DNA from: Malacoraja senta
Taxonomy: Eukaryota
DNA: 64,000 bases
Reading direction: 5' to 3'
Assembly: GCA_038087875.1 (NCBI GenBank)
Contig: CM075977.1
Coordinates: forward strand, 186,868,001 to 186,932,000
Shown here: piece after piece, positions 12,043 to 25,744 of the stretch
Layout of the letters: every line of letters starts with the position of its first letter
How positions within the stretch are numbered: the stretch's first letter is position 1
Notes under the pieces: generated by a model
The model's database searches: none
The model's input: the letters and a program-made list of their open reading frames with translations, nothing else
Told to the model about the DNA's origin: nothing
Made by a program: the position numbers and the translations under genes

Positions 12043-14153
12043 AATAAATGAAGTCCGTTGACTGAAAGGAAAGACACTCTGTCCTCAGTTTCTGCTGCCA
12101 ATGAACTCGAGTAACCCTTGTGAGAGTACAGTAGGTACACCAGGGACAAGTAGTCCTATGGCTGCACACTTTGTACACTTAATAAAGCTGGCAGCTGCAA
12201 ATGATTTGTGACTTAATTCCAAGCAGTATTTCATGGAGGAGACTGCTCCAGTAGGACTTGGAGAGATGCCACAATGGGGCTCCCAGCATTCTAAATGTTG
12301 GGTCCCTGCCAAGTGGGAGAGTAAATCCATCAACTGGAGGCCGGCCAGTTTATTTCTTTCCAGCCTCTACTGTGAGCAAAAGTTATCGTCACAACCATTG
12401 GGCTGCTTCTGGGAACTGAGGGAACATTGACATTTGCGCCAGATCAAGCCGGGAGTAAGAGAGTACGTCATTTACTTATGGGAAATTTGCAGCAACCTTG
12501 TGGATTATGTGCACAGCTATAATAAACATATTTCAACAACTATTATGCATTAAACAATGGCCCCGTGCATGTCTTCAAACAAGGGATATTTCCTGCCTGC
12601 ACCATTTCCTTTGTTTGCTCAGGTTATATCTCCGTACACTGCACAGTGGTGGGGGGGGAGATTCATCCTCCAACAGTCAGCATTAATCTTCCGTTATGAA
12701 CTATGTTTACCTATTCCGTTGTGCTGCAGCAAGCAATAATTTAATTGTCCTATCTGGGACATATGACAATAAAATACTCTTTTAGTCAAGAGTCAAGAGT
12801 GTTTTATTAGTTGTTGAATTAGTCAATTCAATGGATCATTGTACAGACTTGGGTGCAACCAATGGCCGACATTCTTGCATGCACTTTTAGTGAGTGTGAT
12901 TAAAAATGAGTTCCTTCTGCATAATAGATCCATAAACCTTCAGTAAAGCTTTTCACTGTATTGACAATAAACTAAACTGACAATAAACTAAACTGAAATT
13001 AATGCATCGTATAAAGCTGTTCAGAATGAGTGATGTAGTGCAGGAGTTAGAACCATTCTGTAAGGACTCATGGGACTGCACAGACGGTACACCACTGAAA
13101 CAGGCCATTACCCAACAGGTATAATGGTACCGAACCTTTTATGCTACACGCAAGCTTCCTCTCACTCTACCAGTGCAAACCTCCTGTTCCATTCCCCTTA
13201 AACGCATTTATGCTATTGTGTTTACCTACTCTTTGAGGTAGGACACAGGCACTCCCACAACATTTAAGTACTTGAATATTCGTCAGACAGCCATAGACAA
13301 AATTGTCACTGATAAATATGATTAGTACAGTTAGATACTTGATGATTTGCCCTGTTTCTCGACTATAAGTCTCTATGACTCTAAATGGATACAGCTTCTC
13401 TATGATTGCCCTACTGATCCTCTCCAACACCACAAAGATCCCATGCACACCCCAAGTTTAAGTAAACAGGGCACTAGCTTTTTCAAGCTATCCAACATAA
13501 AACCCAGGGATGGATAAGAACCTGATTGAAGTGATCAGCAGGTTGTGACTTTGGGGTTGCTTTTGACATGGGAGGTCATGGGGGCCGATTTGAATGTTTC
13601 TACACTCATTGCTACTGTTCCTTATTTACACAATTAAATTCCAAAGTGCACATAAAATTGGTTATATTGGCAGCCCTCAGGCACTTGGCAGAGTGGTACA
13701 TAAAGCGGTCTCACTGATCCCCAGTACATTGAACTATCGAGGAGAGACTAAGACTTGAATGTGTGATCATTGGGAAGTAATACTTGAGATGAGGTTGTGT
13801 AGGTTTAGACCAATGGTATCATGAAAACTAATTTAGACATCGCCTATATTAAGCAATGATGGTAGGATGGGGAGATACGGATTCAAATGACAGCTATCAA
13901 CAATAATATGTGGGAGATTTAATGTTTTAAGGCATTTCTGAGAACAAAATGTGTTAAGCTTAACATGGATCCGATCAGACTTCAGGGTATCTTGATTAAA
14001 GTGGTATACTTTGAAGAGAGAAATAGAGGTGATGCTTCACATAAAACAATGTCTTAATCAAAGACAATTGACTGGTTATAGTGTAGAAATGTCAAAGAAA
14101 TAAATGGACTGCAGTTCTTGTCACTTTTTGCACTGTAAAGAGAAATAACCTAC

Positions 14154-14293
14154 CTGAAAGCTTGTTGGTCGTTTCTTTGCGTTTGTTTAGCAGCTTCACA
14201 TCCAGGACCATCTGCTCCACTTCTCTGTTCACTTCTTTTGCCGACAGCCCCTTGAGCCGAGCATAAAACCAAACATGCTCCTCGACAGTAAGC
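14154..14293 (-). CDS. ABCA1-like: ABCA1-like exon 21 equivalent
   Basis: 140 bp; [46 protein letters not shown]; AAG acceptor. Confidence 0.93.
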
Positions 14294-15975
14294 CTTATTG
14301 ATTCACAACAGTCTTAGTGTTAGACTCTGTGGACTCTTATGATGCACAGAAGTGCGGCAGCATAGAGGTTAAATTCTGCACTAATATGCAGAGATCAGAT
14401 AATTATTGAAATTTACTTTAATGTAAAAAAAACTATTAACAGTAATGCTGACCAACAAACTACAGGTTTGTTGATAAAAACCTATCCAGTTCATGGAAGA
14501 AAATAAGCAATCCTTCCCTAGTCTATATATGACTCCAAATCTATTCAATGTGGTTGATTCTCAGTTGCCCTCTGTTGATGTCCTGACAAGCACTCTGCTC
14601 GGGGACCAATTACAGATGGTCAATTTTCCAACACATAAACAATGTTTATTTGTTGGAAAACTGAGCGACTTCCAACAAATTAGTAACGTAAGTCTTCTTT
14701 TCAGCTGTGGCGAGGCAAAGCAGAGAAAAAAACCAGAAACCAACGAGGTTCATTTAAGATTCTCTTCTCATCACCTCAGTTAGATAGTTGAATTGGTTGA
14801 GGTTACACACGACAATATGGCTGTCCATTCTCTTGCTTTAGTTAAAATAGGCAATTAACAGAAAGTCGGCAGGAGGCACCAAGTGAAAAACAAAACAAAA
14901 TCTGTTGACATAAATCCCAACAATTTCATGTATTTACTCCATGTTTTGTTCTTTAGTATGTTAGTGGCTTCTCCGTTGCATCATCTATCGGGTAATGCTG
15001 GGCCACAGCTCCAGCAATGTGGTTGAAAATCAAGCTCAGAGGAGCTGATCCCAGTAGTAGGTGAAAACCTGAGCCCAGACCACCACTGGTCCACTCCCCG
15101 AGTGGCATGAAATGGGAGCAAGAGATGCATTTTGGTATTGAAATGCAGCACTGGGCTTGATCTCAGGTGGTCTAAAGTGGGAGTGTATGTGGTAGTGACT
15201 GCTTATAAAGAAGTTCCTGCCTAACTTGGCAGTAGCCCAGGCATTTATGTGACATTCATCTGCTGTTCCCGGCTGTTGTTGCCCCCATTTAAAGCTCACA
15301 CAGAGTCACTGTTAAACCATAATCCATTATATTGTAATTTCTCTAAAGGCTACCACCAAGAACTATGATTAGGATTGCCCCTAAAACAAGTCTTACAACA
15401 CATGATCATCACTGTTGACAGTTTTATGGTTTCCACCAGCGTTATTTAGTGGAGAAGTCTCAGAAGAATAGCACTATTTAGGGACAATCAATGGGATCAT
15501 TATTTGAAGAGATGTTATAAGCTGGAGGGTTGGAACCAAAAGGGCTTCACAGGGAGAATTTGTACAGAGAAATGGCTGACCATTTGATATATTTAAATAT
15601 TACCAATGTGTAGTGGGAATCATATGACGAATATATAAGGTGGTGAGGTTTGATTTATAGAACACAAATGAATCACTGCTATCCTCTCCCTTCTTCAGAC
15701 TGGCATTTGTTATTAAGGGCCCACAGCGATGTGGTCAGTGCAAAGTTTTGATCTGAAATGCCTTGTCAAGCCGCAGTGTTGTGTTAAGCCTATGTGATTC
15801 CCTATCCAACAGCAATGTGGGAATGCCTTCACCAGAAGGATTGTAGTGGTTCACAAAATGGCCCACCCCACCACCTTCCAATGAGCATTTGGAGGAGAGC
15901 AATAATTCTTGGTCTTGCCAGCAATATTGTTTCGCATGAGAGAGAGAGAGAGAGAAATACATTAACTGTACTCAC

Positions 15976-16107
15976 TGATCAAAGAGGACATTGTGCTGTG
16001 GACACACTCCCAGGCTTTGCCGGATGGAATTCAGGTCAGAACAAATATCTTTGCCCAGTATATAGGCTGTTCCAGAGGTTGGTGGGAACAATCCTGTCAG
16101 TATTGAC
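15976..16107 (-). CDS. ABCA1-like: ABCA1-like exon 20 equivalent (Q-loop)
   Basis: 132 bp; [44 protein letters not shown]. Confidence 0.96.
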
Positions 16108-16466
16108 CTGCAACAAGAATTGACAACGTTAGGGATTACATCAAAAAACGTTCTACATAACCTGAAACCACTACAATATATGTTAAACAAACTTAAGCAT
16201 TTGAATGGAAACACTTCAATCCCTCTCTTTATTTGCTATTTGTTTTAAATCAGGTTTGGCTTGCTGAAACATATTAATTCAAATATGATGTCAACATCAC
16301 AAGATTTCCTATGTGATGACCTTTTTTGTTTACAGAGCAAAAGATAAAACATTGCTCATTAGAATATTTCAGGATTGGATCCAGTGACAATGAAGGAATA
16401 TTGATATATCTTTCAGATGCAGAGCAACATGGACAGGAACTTGTATGTGTTGGTGTTTCCATGGTG

Positions 16467-16549
16467 ACCATATAACCATATAACCATATAACCATAACAG
16501 CACGGAAACAGGCCATCTCGGCCCTTCAAGTCCGTGCCGAACATTTAAA

Positions 16550-16582
<33 letters not shown>

Positions 16583-16938
16583 AAATAAAATACTTCCCCC
16601 TAGTCCCATCTACCTGCACTCAGACCATAACCCTCCATTCCTTTCCCGTCCATATACCCATCCAATCTATTTTTAAAGGATAACATCGAACCTGCCTCCA
16701 CCACTTCCACTGGAAGCTCATTCCACACAGCTACCACTCTCTGAGTAAAGAAGTTCCCCCTAATGTTCCCCCTAAACTTCTGTCCCTTAATTCTCAAGTC
16801 ATGTCCCCTTGTTTGAATCTTCCCTACTCTCAATGGAAAAAGCTTATCCACGTCAACTCTGTCTAACCCGCTCATAATTTTAAAGACCTCTATCAAGTCC
16901 CCTCTTAACCTTCTGCGCTCCAAAGAATAAAGACCTAA
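16467..16938 (-). mobile_element. CR1 LINE 3' fragment, same young subfamily as 45836-46968
   Basis: Near-identical 3' ORF, 3' UTR and tail. Confidence 0.93.
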
Positions 16939-17902
16939 GTTTAGCTCAGAGTGTAGTTCAGATGTTGCTACTAATATTGGTGCTCCTCCTACATTTTCAT
17001 GCATCCAGACTGTTCTTATTATGTAAATTATTTGTTTTAATGTGATACATTTATTGGGTAATATATCAGTTAATTAATCTGCACATCTGATTAAATGTAC
17101 CTGATATGTCTGGCATGTCCTGGATAACAGAACCTTGCAGTGTGTATCTTTAATGCAAAGGCTGTTTTAAATCAAGTCTTGGAGGTAGTAACTTGCCAGA
17201 TAGCATCCATTTATCCCCATTGACCTACAAGAACATGTGATCTACAAGAACTGCTGCCTCAAGAAGACAGTTAATATCATTAAAGACCCACACAACCCTG
17301 GCCACACTCTCATCTCACTGCAATTATTGGGAAATGATACAAGAGCTTAAACACTTTTGGGACACAGCACTTTTTGCATCTACGTCCGGCACACCAGGGG
17401 CAATATACAGAGGACAATTAACCTACAAACCCGCAAGTTTTTGGGATGTGGGGCGAAACTGGAGTAAATGGGGGAATCCCTCGCGGACACAGAGAGAACA
17501 TGCAAAATCCACACAGACAGCACCCAAGATCATGATCAAACCCAGGTCTCTGGTGCTGTGAGGCTGCAGCTCTACCAGTTACGCAACTGTGCCGGCCAGG
17601 TTCTCTCCGGGTTCAAGAACAGCTTCCTCCCAGGCTCTTGAACCACACTGCACAACCCTAACCGTAACCTTACCTCAGTACCGAACCACTATGGACCTTG
17701 TATAAGATTACACTTCTGTATATACCTTAGTTTGCACTATTATAGTCTGACTACCTAGAATAACATAATTTATTGCATTATTTTTTATTGTATATTTATT
17801 TTTTGTGTTGTTGCATTAATGTGCCTGCTAATCTGCAGCAAAGATAGATTTTATTGTTCTGGTCCCAATGCGTATGACAATTTGATTCTCCTGTCTCCTT
17901 AC

Positions 17903-18074
17903 ATTGTGGTAGTCTTGCCAGCACCATTATGTCCAAGGAACGATGTGATCTGCCCCTCATAAAAGCCTAGTGAGAGCCCATCCACTGCCAGCTTCTTGCC
18001 ATCTCGGTAAATTTTGACCAGGTTTTGAATGGACACACCAAGTTTTAGATGAGTTGGTTCCTCCTCCACGCAGA
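17903..18074 (-). CDS. ABCA1-like: ABCA1-like exon 19 equivalent (Walker A)
   Basis: 172 bp; [57 protein letters not shown]. Confidence 0.96.
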
Positions 18075-19160
18075 CTGAAAGAAAACAAGAAGCCATATAG
18101 CATGCAACCACTGAGTAACTTCATCCCAACAATACTTCATGGCACAGGATCAAAACACCACAGATGTTGGAAATCTGAAGTAAAATCAGAAAAAGTTGGA
18201 AATATACGATGGGTCATTCGTACCTCTGGAGAGAAAAAAAAAAACAAAGTTCAGATGAATAATCACTGCCCCTGAAGCTTGGGTCAGTTTCTCTTTCCAC
18301 AGCTAAAACCTGGCCCTCTGAGTGCTGTAAGCAAATTTTGAGTCAGGTTTGAGGGAAGATAAACCTGTTAAGGTTTATCTTCATAAATACAATTTCCTAT
18401 GAGAATAGCATGGTTTAAATCATAAGATGAGTGGCTTGCATTTTGTACATTTGAATATAATCAAACACTTTCCTCGGGTGCAGATACATTTTTTTCATTC
18501 ACAGGATTGAGTGCAAGGCCAACATATGATGCCTATTCCCTGAGTTGAGCAGAATCCTATAACACTTCAGAGGATAGTTAAATAACGTAATAACAAGAGA
18601 TAGTTTTTTTGCTAATGGGCATACCAAATCAGATTTAGCTTTATGATGGTGCACTTGCTTTATAGTCACTATTTGTAACTCTCAGTCCTTATTCTAGTGA
18701 TTTGATAAACTTACATTAAAACCCTCATTCCCCGTGACTTGGAACTGATTGTAATGAGTTTTAGTGCTGAATATATGGAGAGCTTTAATCATGTTTATCA
18801 AGACTGTGGGAATACAAACCCGTTAACAACTATTTTGCTGTGTAACCTTTGTGACTACTTATGGAGTAAACCAAAATGACGTTAACAGTTGGCAGACCAG
18901 ACTGCATCTAAGGAGAGAGGAACATAATCCAAATGTTTTTGACTTGAAACCATAACCTGCGGAGTATTCGTACTTTTCTATTTCATTAAAGACAACAAAC
19001 TGGACCAGTATGGTGAGCTGTGAAGAATCCAATGACATTTATGTCTGTTTTGATTATGAATCATAGCTGGAGATACTACAACAGAAATAATTATATTAAG
19101 AATATATCAACAACAACAAAATTGAAAGTCACATTCTTAAAGTTGTTCTGAACCACTTAC

Positions 19161-19274
19161 TTCGTGAATCTGCGCTCTTTGCATATGGAGACTGATTGAT
19201 GTTCTGAACTGGATCTCCACACCAATAGGACTTGGTGAAAGGAAAGTACCAAGGTTTGGGAATACCATATTGAC
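19161..19274 (-). CDS. ABCA1-like: ABCA1-like exon 18 equivalent
   Basis: 114 bp; [38 protein letters not shown]. Confidence 0.93.
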
Positions 19275-19669
19275 CTGGATAAGAAACAAGACACAAAATT
19301 ATTACGAAGAATGAGTCATAAAAGTACCTGCATTGTGCTCTTAGATTGAAAACCCAACTTCTTTTATTCATATTATATGTTGGGTGATAACCATTTACAG
19401 CCATATGATCTGTACAAACAGATATGGTTTGCTTTGAAATAGATGCTGCTGTGAGTCTTGCCACAAATCCTGTCCACCTCCAACACATTGGCTCATGCAG
19501 TGATGTCAAAAATAATTTTATATATTGTGGTGCAAAATGATTTAGAAATGCATGCGTAACCTTACAAAACACAGAAATGGTAAATGGCCACATTTATTCC
19601 AGGATACAATGGCCTTTACATGATGACTACAATTTGTTAGTAGGGAGAGGTATAAGAATCTTTCCATAC

Positions 19670-19874
19670 CTGGGAACACGGCCTCAATGTACCAGGTCAT
19701 AACTGCATAGAGGAAGGTGTCGACCATCATGAGAATCATGGACGTGGTGATGTTATACTCATTGCCTTTTGATGGGCTTACAAAGAGATTGCTCCACTGG
19801 ACGCCGATTCCCTGCTCCTCAAACTGTGCAAAATAGTCAAAGCCAAAGCCAAATGCGACTGGGGACAGGAGACT
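19670..19874 (-). CDS. ABCA1-like: ABCA1-like exon 17 equivalent
   Basis: 205 bp; [27 protein letters not shown]...WYIEAVFP. Confidence 0.95.
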
Positions 19875-20947
19875 CTGCAAACACAAGATGATGATGGAAC
19901 TGTGGTCAGCCAGCCAGTCAAGTGATCTTGCAGTGCCAAGTGGATGCACAACCATCTTGGTAATGATGGAGCTCCTTTGAAAATGGGTCCCAGAGTTACT
20001 TTGGGCACAACTACAATCACTCATGGAGAAGCTTGAAAATGTTCCAAAGTTTGTGTTTTTGGAGTCTCACTCCATAGCCTTGAGCACAATCTTGGAATGA
20101 CATTGTTGTGCAAAACTGAGGGGGTGTCTGATGCTGAATGAATCTTTTAAAAAAAAATCTCAGAGGTGATGGCTAGATCTTTCACCACTAGTCGCCAGTG
20201 GTACACATAGTAGGCATGGCCAATTTGCATTCCTCAATCAACATGACTAAAAGACCATCTGCCCATTATATTTCCGTGCCTTGTGCAAATGCATTAGTTA
20301 TATATTGGCTGCCATGCTGTAGACAGTACATTACAATGGTGAATAAACAATATAGAGCCTTCACTGTTCTAGTGTTTCCAACATTTAAAGGACAAAGTGT
20401 TTTGATTCTAAAGCAGTAGCACCACAAAACAAGCTCAGTCTTCCTAACTTTGCTTTCAGCAAAATGAATAGTGCAAGAGGGTGAGTGGTAACAGTAACAG
20501 AAACACTGACAAGTGTGTTTGTAACCACCATCATCAGGAACCACGTTATATCATCAGAAGATCCAGCCTTGTTTAATGGTCTGAATGAGGGCCCCTTCAT
20601 GTGTAGGAAAGTAAAAGTGCGTGCCCCCTCATGAAGTGTTATTAAATAAGCATGTACTCATTTTACATCGAGTACATCTAATGAAGGATATGTTTTACTC
20701 CTGCTATCAGTGATCATTTTTAATGTACTTCAGCAAGGCATTATCAAATCTGCACAGTTGGATGCAGATTGTTGTTGTAACCAGAGGGAATATGCGCTTC
20801 CATGCTTCTACTGATTTAGAGACATTTGAATCAGAAGATGATCTACACAATACTACTGCATTGTTAAAATCTCTCCCTAGAGCTAACGCCGCCTCAAAAA
20901 CTGATTGTGTAACAACATTTGTAATTTTGGTGAAATGACCTACTTAC

Positions 20948-21169
20948 AGCAAAGATTTTGACCGGGTAGGTAACGTATTCCTGCCAAGCCATACACAGCA
21001 CATAAGGAAGGTAGAGAGTGAAGTAGATAATCCCACCACAGGCTGCTGCCAAGTTCGCCTTTGAGAATATTGTGCTGATCAAGAAACACTGTAAGATGGT
21101 GACCACTGCAAACACCGCGAGAAACGTGAAGACAGCAAATGGGTTACTGTAAGGCAAGATATTCCCTTC
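20948..21169 (-). CDS. ABCA1-like: ABCA1-like exon 16 equivalent
   Basis: 222 bp; [20 protein letters not shown]...[19 protein letters not shown]...KIFA. Confidence 0.95.
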
Positions 21170-21857
21170 CTGAAAGAACAAGTTGAAAGAGCCTTCAAAT
21201 TTAATTAATGCTTTAAATGCAGCACCAAGAAGCAAAAAACTCCAAATACATTTGAATTGTTCTGTAAATGCAATAAAAAGAAGTGTCATATTCGGATGCA
21301 AACACAAACAACATCATTGATTCCAGGTGAATACCAAAGAATAGCTTGGAAAGAAGGAGCTATTTTCTTTCCAAAACCAAATAGCTGATTGTTTAAAAGG
21401 TACATTTATTTAAATCGCATACCTCAAGTATTTTCAAAACCTGCCATGAAATTAGAATGCTGAAATATGACACAATTGTAGAGCTGATTGCATTAACCAC
21501 TAGCTGCATGGCAGCATCCAGGTTAACATTTCAATCTCATTATGTTAAAAAGCCATGGTATTGTTTCTAGTGCAATACTGTGGGAATACTGCACAGTTGC
21601 GAGTCTCAGTTGAGAGGTTTAATCAAGACCCTTTCTGCTCTCACAGGTTAAAGTAATGGGGGGGGGGGGGTGTCACTGTTTACAAAAAGCATATCCTTCT
21701 AAGATATACATGCAAATCTTTTGGCTTGATGAGGGTCACGAGTCTTTCTACCTTAAAGGGTGGTGCAAGCATAATCTTAGAATATTTTTAAGGTTGAGGT
21801 AGAAAACATATAAGCAAGGGAAAACATTTACTAAGAGTAGATGAGAATGCAGAGTTA

Positions 21858-22082
21858 AGGGCCTGTCCCAATTTCATGACCTCTACCGAGTTTGCCCTTG
21901 ACTCATACTCACAGCATGGTCGTCATGAGGTCGTAGGAGGTTGTAGTTAGGTCGTAGGAGGTCGTGATGCTAGTCGTAGGTACTCGTGGCATCAAGTAGG
22001 TCGGGGCGTTTTTCTAGCATGATGAAAAATGTCCACGAGTAAAAAAGGTCGTGAATTGGATCGTGAAAGTGGGACAGGCCCT
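21858..22082. mobile_element. PIF/Harbinger-type MITE (second family)
   Basis: TIR AGGGCCTGTCCCA...TGGGACAGGCCCT; TTA TSD; interrupts a CR1 3' UTR. Confidence 0.85.
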
Positions 22083-22545
22083 TTAAGGTTACAATCAGAT
22101 CAGCTTTGATTTTACTGAATAGTGGAGCAGGCTTGTGTGGTTGTGTGGCCTACTTCTGGTCTGAATTCCCATGTTTGCCTGACTCTACAGGAAACTGTGA
22201 ATGTATCTCATCATCAGTATTCCGAATATCTGGACTGTGAAGGTGAAGGTGAAGGTGGGGGGAACATCCATGGATACCCATCTGAACTATCAACAGATCT
22301 GTAACTACAGAACAGGATTAGAATCAATGACATGCATCCTTGCAGTCACCTTCAAGTCCATAGAAACATCAACTGATGCCAGTTAAAAATGAAATATTGA
22401 ACAGTGCAAGACAGGTACAGACCTATCGGCCCTGAACGGCCATGCTAAACATGATGCCAAATTAAAGGAAATGAGTTAATAAAGGATGAAGTTCATGCAA
22501 AATATTTTCATTCGATTAACCACCATCTGGCAGATTTCCACCTAC

Positions 22546-22768
22546 CTTTAGAATTACTACCAGCAAGCCGGCACTGATGAGCAGAGGGATCAAACTGCTG
22601 ATGAACCAGCTGAGCCACAGGGTGCCACTGCTCAGTCCCATGATCCGCATGGTCTCCTTCAGCCTTGTTTCCTTCTCATACACTATCCCCTTGATTATCA
22701 CGGCCACCGAATATATCCAGGCCAGGGTGGTGAATAGAGGAAGGGACTGACTCAAAACACGAAGAAAC
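22546..22768 (-). CDS. ABCA1-like: ABCA1-like exon 15 equivalent
   Basis: 223 bp; [45 protein letters not shown]...VVILK. Confidence 0.95.
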
Positions 22769-23225
22769 CTAAGGTCAGATGGCAAAAGAAGAACAATTTG
22801 TTTCTTTTGGAATTCTTCAAACAATTGCTAAGTGAGTGAACTTACTCAAACACTTTCTTGTGATTCCTTAAGTCAGGTAAACATAATGAAAACTTCAATC
22901 TACTGGTCTGCATCAGATGCAGGTGTACGTGGAGTGTTGGATGGAAGTGCCAAACGCTTCCCTGCAAGAAAATTCAGGAGGAGCACTGCATTCTGCTCTC
23001 TCATATGTTTCAGACTGTTAAGTCAGTGCAGAAGGGGGAAGCTGTCTACTCTTTCCTACATCTTGGGAAGTTTATAGTATGGGAGGTCAGCTGGGCAAAA
23101 CAGCACCCACTCAATTGGAACATGGGGAACTTTACATAGAACAGTACAGCACAGGAACAGGCCTTTCCACTCACAATGTTCATGAGAACAGGATGCCAAG
23201 TTAATACTAATGCTCTTGAACTTAC

Positions 23226-23402
23226 AGGTCATCCACGTAGCAGGGGTATGGCATTTGCTGAATGTATACACCCGTCTCCTCCTTGTTGCCTGTTACAGTG
23301 CGGATAATTGCATGCTCTATCATATCCTGCAGGTAGGAAAAGCCGCCCCAGATGTAACGGAGATCTTCAAAAGGGTCAGCACGTGGACCTGGATCCCAGT
23401 AC
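23226..23402 (-). CDS. ABCA1-like: ABCA1-like exon 14 equivalent
   Basis: 177 bp; [33 protein letters not shown]...[11 protein letters not shown]. Confidence 0.95.
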
Positions 23403-23557
23403 CTTCAGGAAAAAGGCCACATTAGGAACATGAGTGATTCTGAACAATAAAGGGCAAGACAATGCAGCAAGCTGCCTTGACTACATAAGTTTGTTTTATT
23501 TTTAACTAAAACTTTTGCAGCTTTAAATGCCTTAATTGCAGCTATCTGAACCCTTAC

Positions 23558-23763
23558 CCATCCATTATCTTGTTTGTCCGTTCTACGTTGTCAATATCCA
23601 TCCGAATCTTGTACTTCATGTGCTCTGATGGCTTTGTACTGTTGGAGTTAGAGCTAAGGAACACAATTCCAGCCCAGAACTTACTCTCATCCAGCAATTC
23701 CATGGATTTGTTGATTAGTTTCTCCTCAGTGGACACAGGTTCCAGTTTGTCCCATTTTATGCA
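23558..23763 (-). CDS. ABCA1-like: ABCA1-like exon 13 equivalent
   Basis: 206 bp; [35 protein letters not shown]...[19 protein letters not shown]. Confidence 0.95.
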
Positions 23764-24554
23764 CTAGGGGCAGTAACAAATGATGGTTATAGTGAGCACA
23801 ATTATCACTCTCAGCTGTTAAATATAAAGACTTGCTTGTAATAAGGAACTTGCTTCTGCCTTCTCCCTCCTGAAGAGCACTACTGCACATGGCAGGAGTT
23901 GGCAAAATTTGTTCTGAACCCTTAGATTTGTAGCAATTAAGTCTAAGGGTAAATTCTCAGAGCTGCATATGGAATTACATAGAATGTACAGCACATAAAC
24001 AGGCTGTTTGGCTAAAATGGTCATGTTAATGTTAATTCTCTACACTAGTCTCTTTAAACCTTTCTAGATCTCATCAATCAACATAGTATTTTATTCCTTT
24101 CTAATTCATATATTTAGGTCACTTACCTTTGAACAATATTTGCTTCAAATACGTCTAACTTTTTTCTAAATATGCCTAAATACGCATTCCAACTACTGTC
24201 TGGGTAGATTCGTTTCTTTTGAATCCCCTATCTGATTTTTAGTAACTACGGTATCTTTTTGACCATTAATTGAGTTTTCACAACATGAGAGCCTGTACTT
24301 TTAGAATGCGAAACACTTACATCCTCTCCCCAACCCTTCAAATTTCAACAGAAAAGTGCCAAACCTCTTCAGTTGTTGCTAATAAATAAAACTTCTCAGT
24401 TCTGGTACCATTTATTAGCCCGGTATTAAACCTGGCTCTCCTCTGTGGTAGAGTTTTATCTCTGGAACCCAAAACCAAACAGCACCCACAGACCACAAAA
24501 AAATGATTCTATTGTGTTGTGCAAGAAGCATACCTTAAACCTCTTAAAACTCAC

Positions 24555-24752
24555 CTCCATCACAAGCGAAATTGTGTGAATTGCCTGTTCGGTCTCATTG
24601 TATGCCTCCCTCCAGGTATATGTTGACTTATTTGAATGTTTAACTTCCTCTGGGTATTTAGCAATGAAGTTGGAAATGTCATTGACTGTCCAAGAGGTTC
24701 CAGCCAACTTCGCATCAAAGTAATCAGCCATAACCCGCTTCTTCAATAGACT
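24555..24752 (-). CDS. ABCA1-like: ABCA1-like exon 12 equivalent
   Basis: 198 bp; SLLKKRVMADYFDAKL...YTWREAYNETEQAIHTISLVME. Confidence 0.93.
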
Positions 24753-24844
24753 CTGCGGAGATAAGCAAGGTTGAGAAAAAAATGACATCTTTACAGTGGA
24801 CAATGGCGATAAGACATATTTGGAATTTGTTCTTTTCAAATATT

Positions 24845-25146
24845 TAGTTTAGCTTAGTAGAGATGCAGCACAGAAACAGGCCCTTTGGCCCACCAAGTCT
24901 GCACCGACCAGCAATCTCCGCACATTAACACAATCAATTTACACTTATACAAAGCCAATTAACCTACAGACCTGTACGTCTTTGGAATGTGGGAGGAAGC
25001 CGACGACTCGGAGAAAAGCCACGTAGTCATGGGGAGAACGTACAAACTCCGTACAGACAGCACCCGTAGTCAGGATCGAACTTGGGTCTCTGGTGCTGAA
25101 AGCGCTATCAGGCAGCAACTCTACCGCTGCGCCACCGTGCCACCCT
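24845..25146 (-). mobile_element. V-SINE (HE1-like)
   Basis: Reverse complement of the family sequence. Confidence 0.82.
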
Positions 25147-25731
25147 ATCATTTATCCTGGTCCCTTTGGAAGATACGATTGAATTAGCTTCCATCACATT
25201 TTAGGTAGTGCTTTCCTGATTATTTAAGTGTATTGTACAACAACAAAAAAACGAATTTCCCCTCTTCTGGCAATTAAAAACTGTTGCTGATGGTTTGACA
25301 AAGTGCCTGTCCTTCATGTCATCTCATGGAGTGCTAATGGACTGGAGAAGGAATCATATCAAAGTACACTCATGTACACTTTACAGTGGAAACCCCTGAC
25401 TTTCTTTCCTCATTTCTGCAGGACCAGGAAGTTCCCACCCTCTCAGCTTTGGAAGAGATCTGCCATTTAAGACCTTCCCAGCTCAGCATAAACTCACTCT
25501 GTATTGAGTCTAAACAATGCATAGGCTTATTGAACCGTTAGGAAATTCAGTCACAATTCATTCCATCAATAAAAATTCACCCTTTTTTAGTGTGGCAAGG
25601 CACCAATTTGATAGCAATCTGCCGCATGCTTCGACATGTTTTGTCCTGTTTTGTTAAAGGAGCAAAGTAATGAAGCTATTACCGAAAAGCAGCAATGCCT
25701 TTAAATTTGCAACATACATTATTTGCATCGT

Positions 25732-25744
25732 CCAGCAGAGGGCA
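25732..25744 (+). promoter_or_regulatory. Putative CTCF core site
   Basis: CCAGCAGAGGGCA fits the consensus CCASYAGRKGGCR. Confidence 0.4.
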
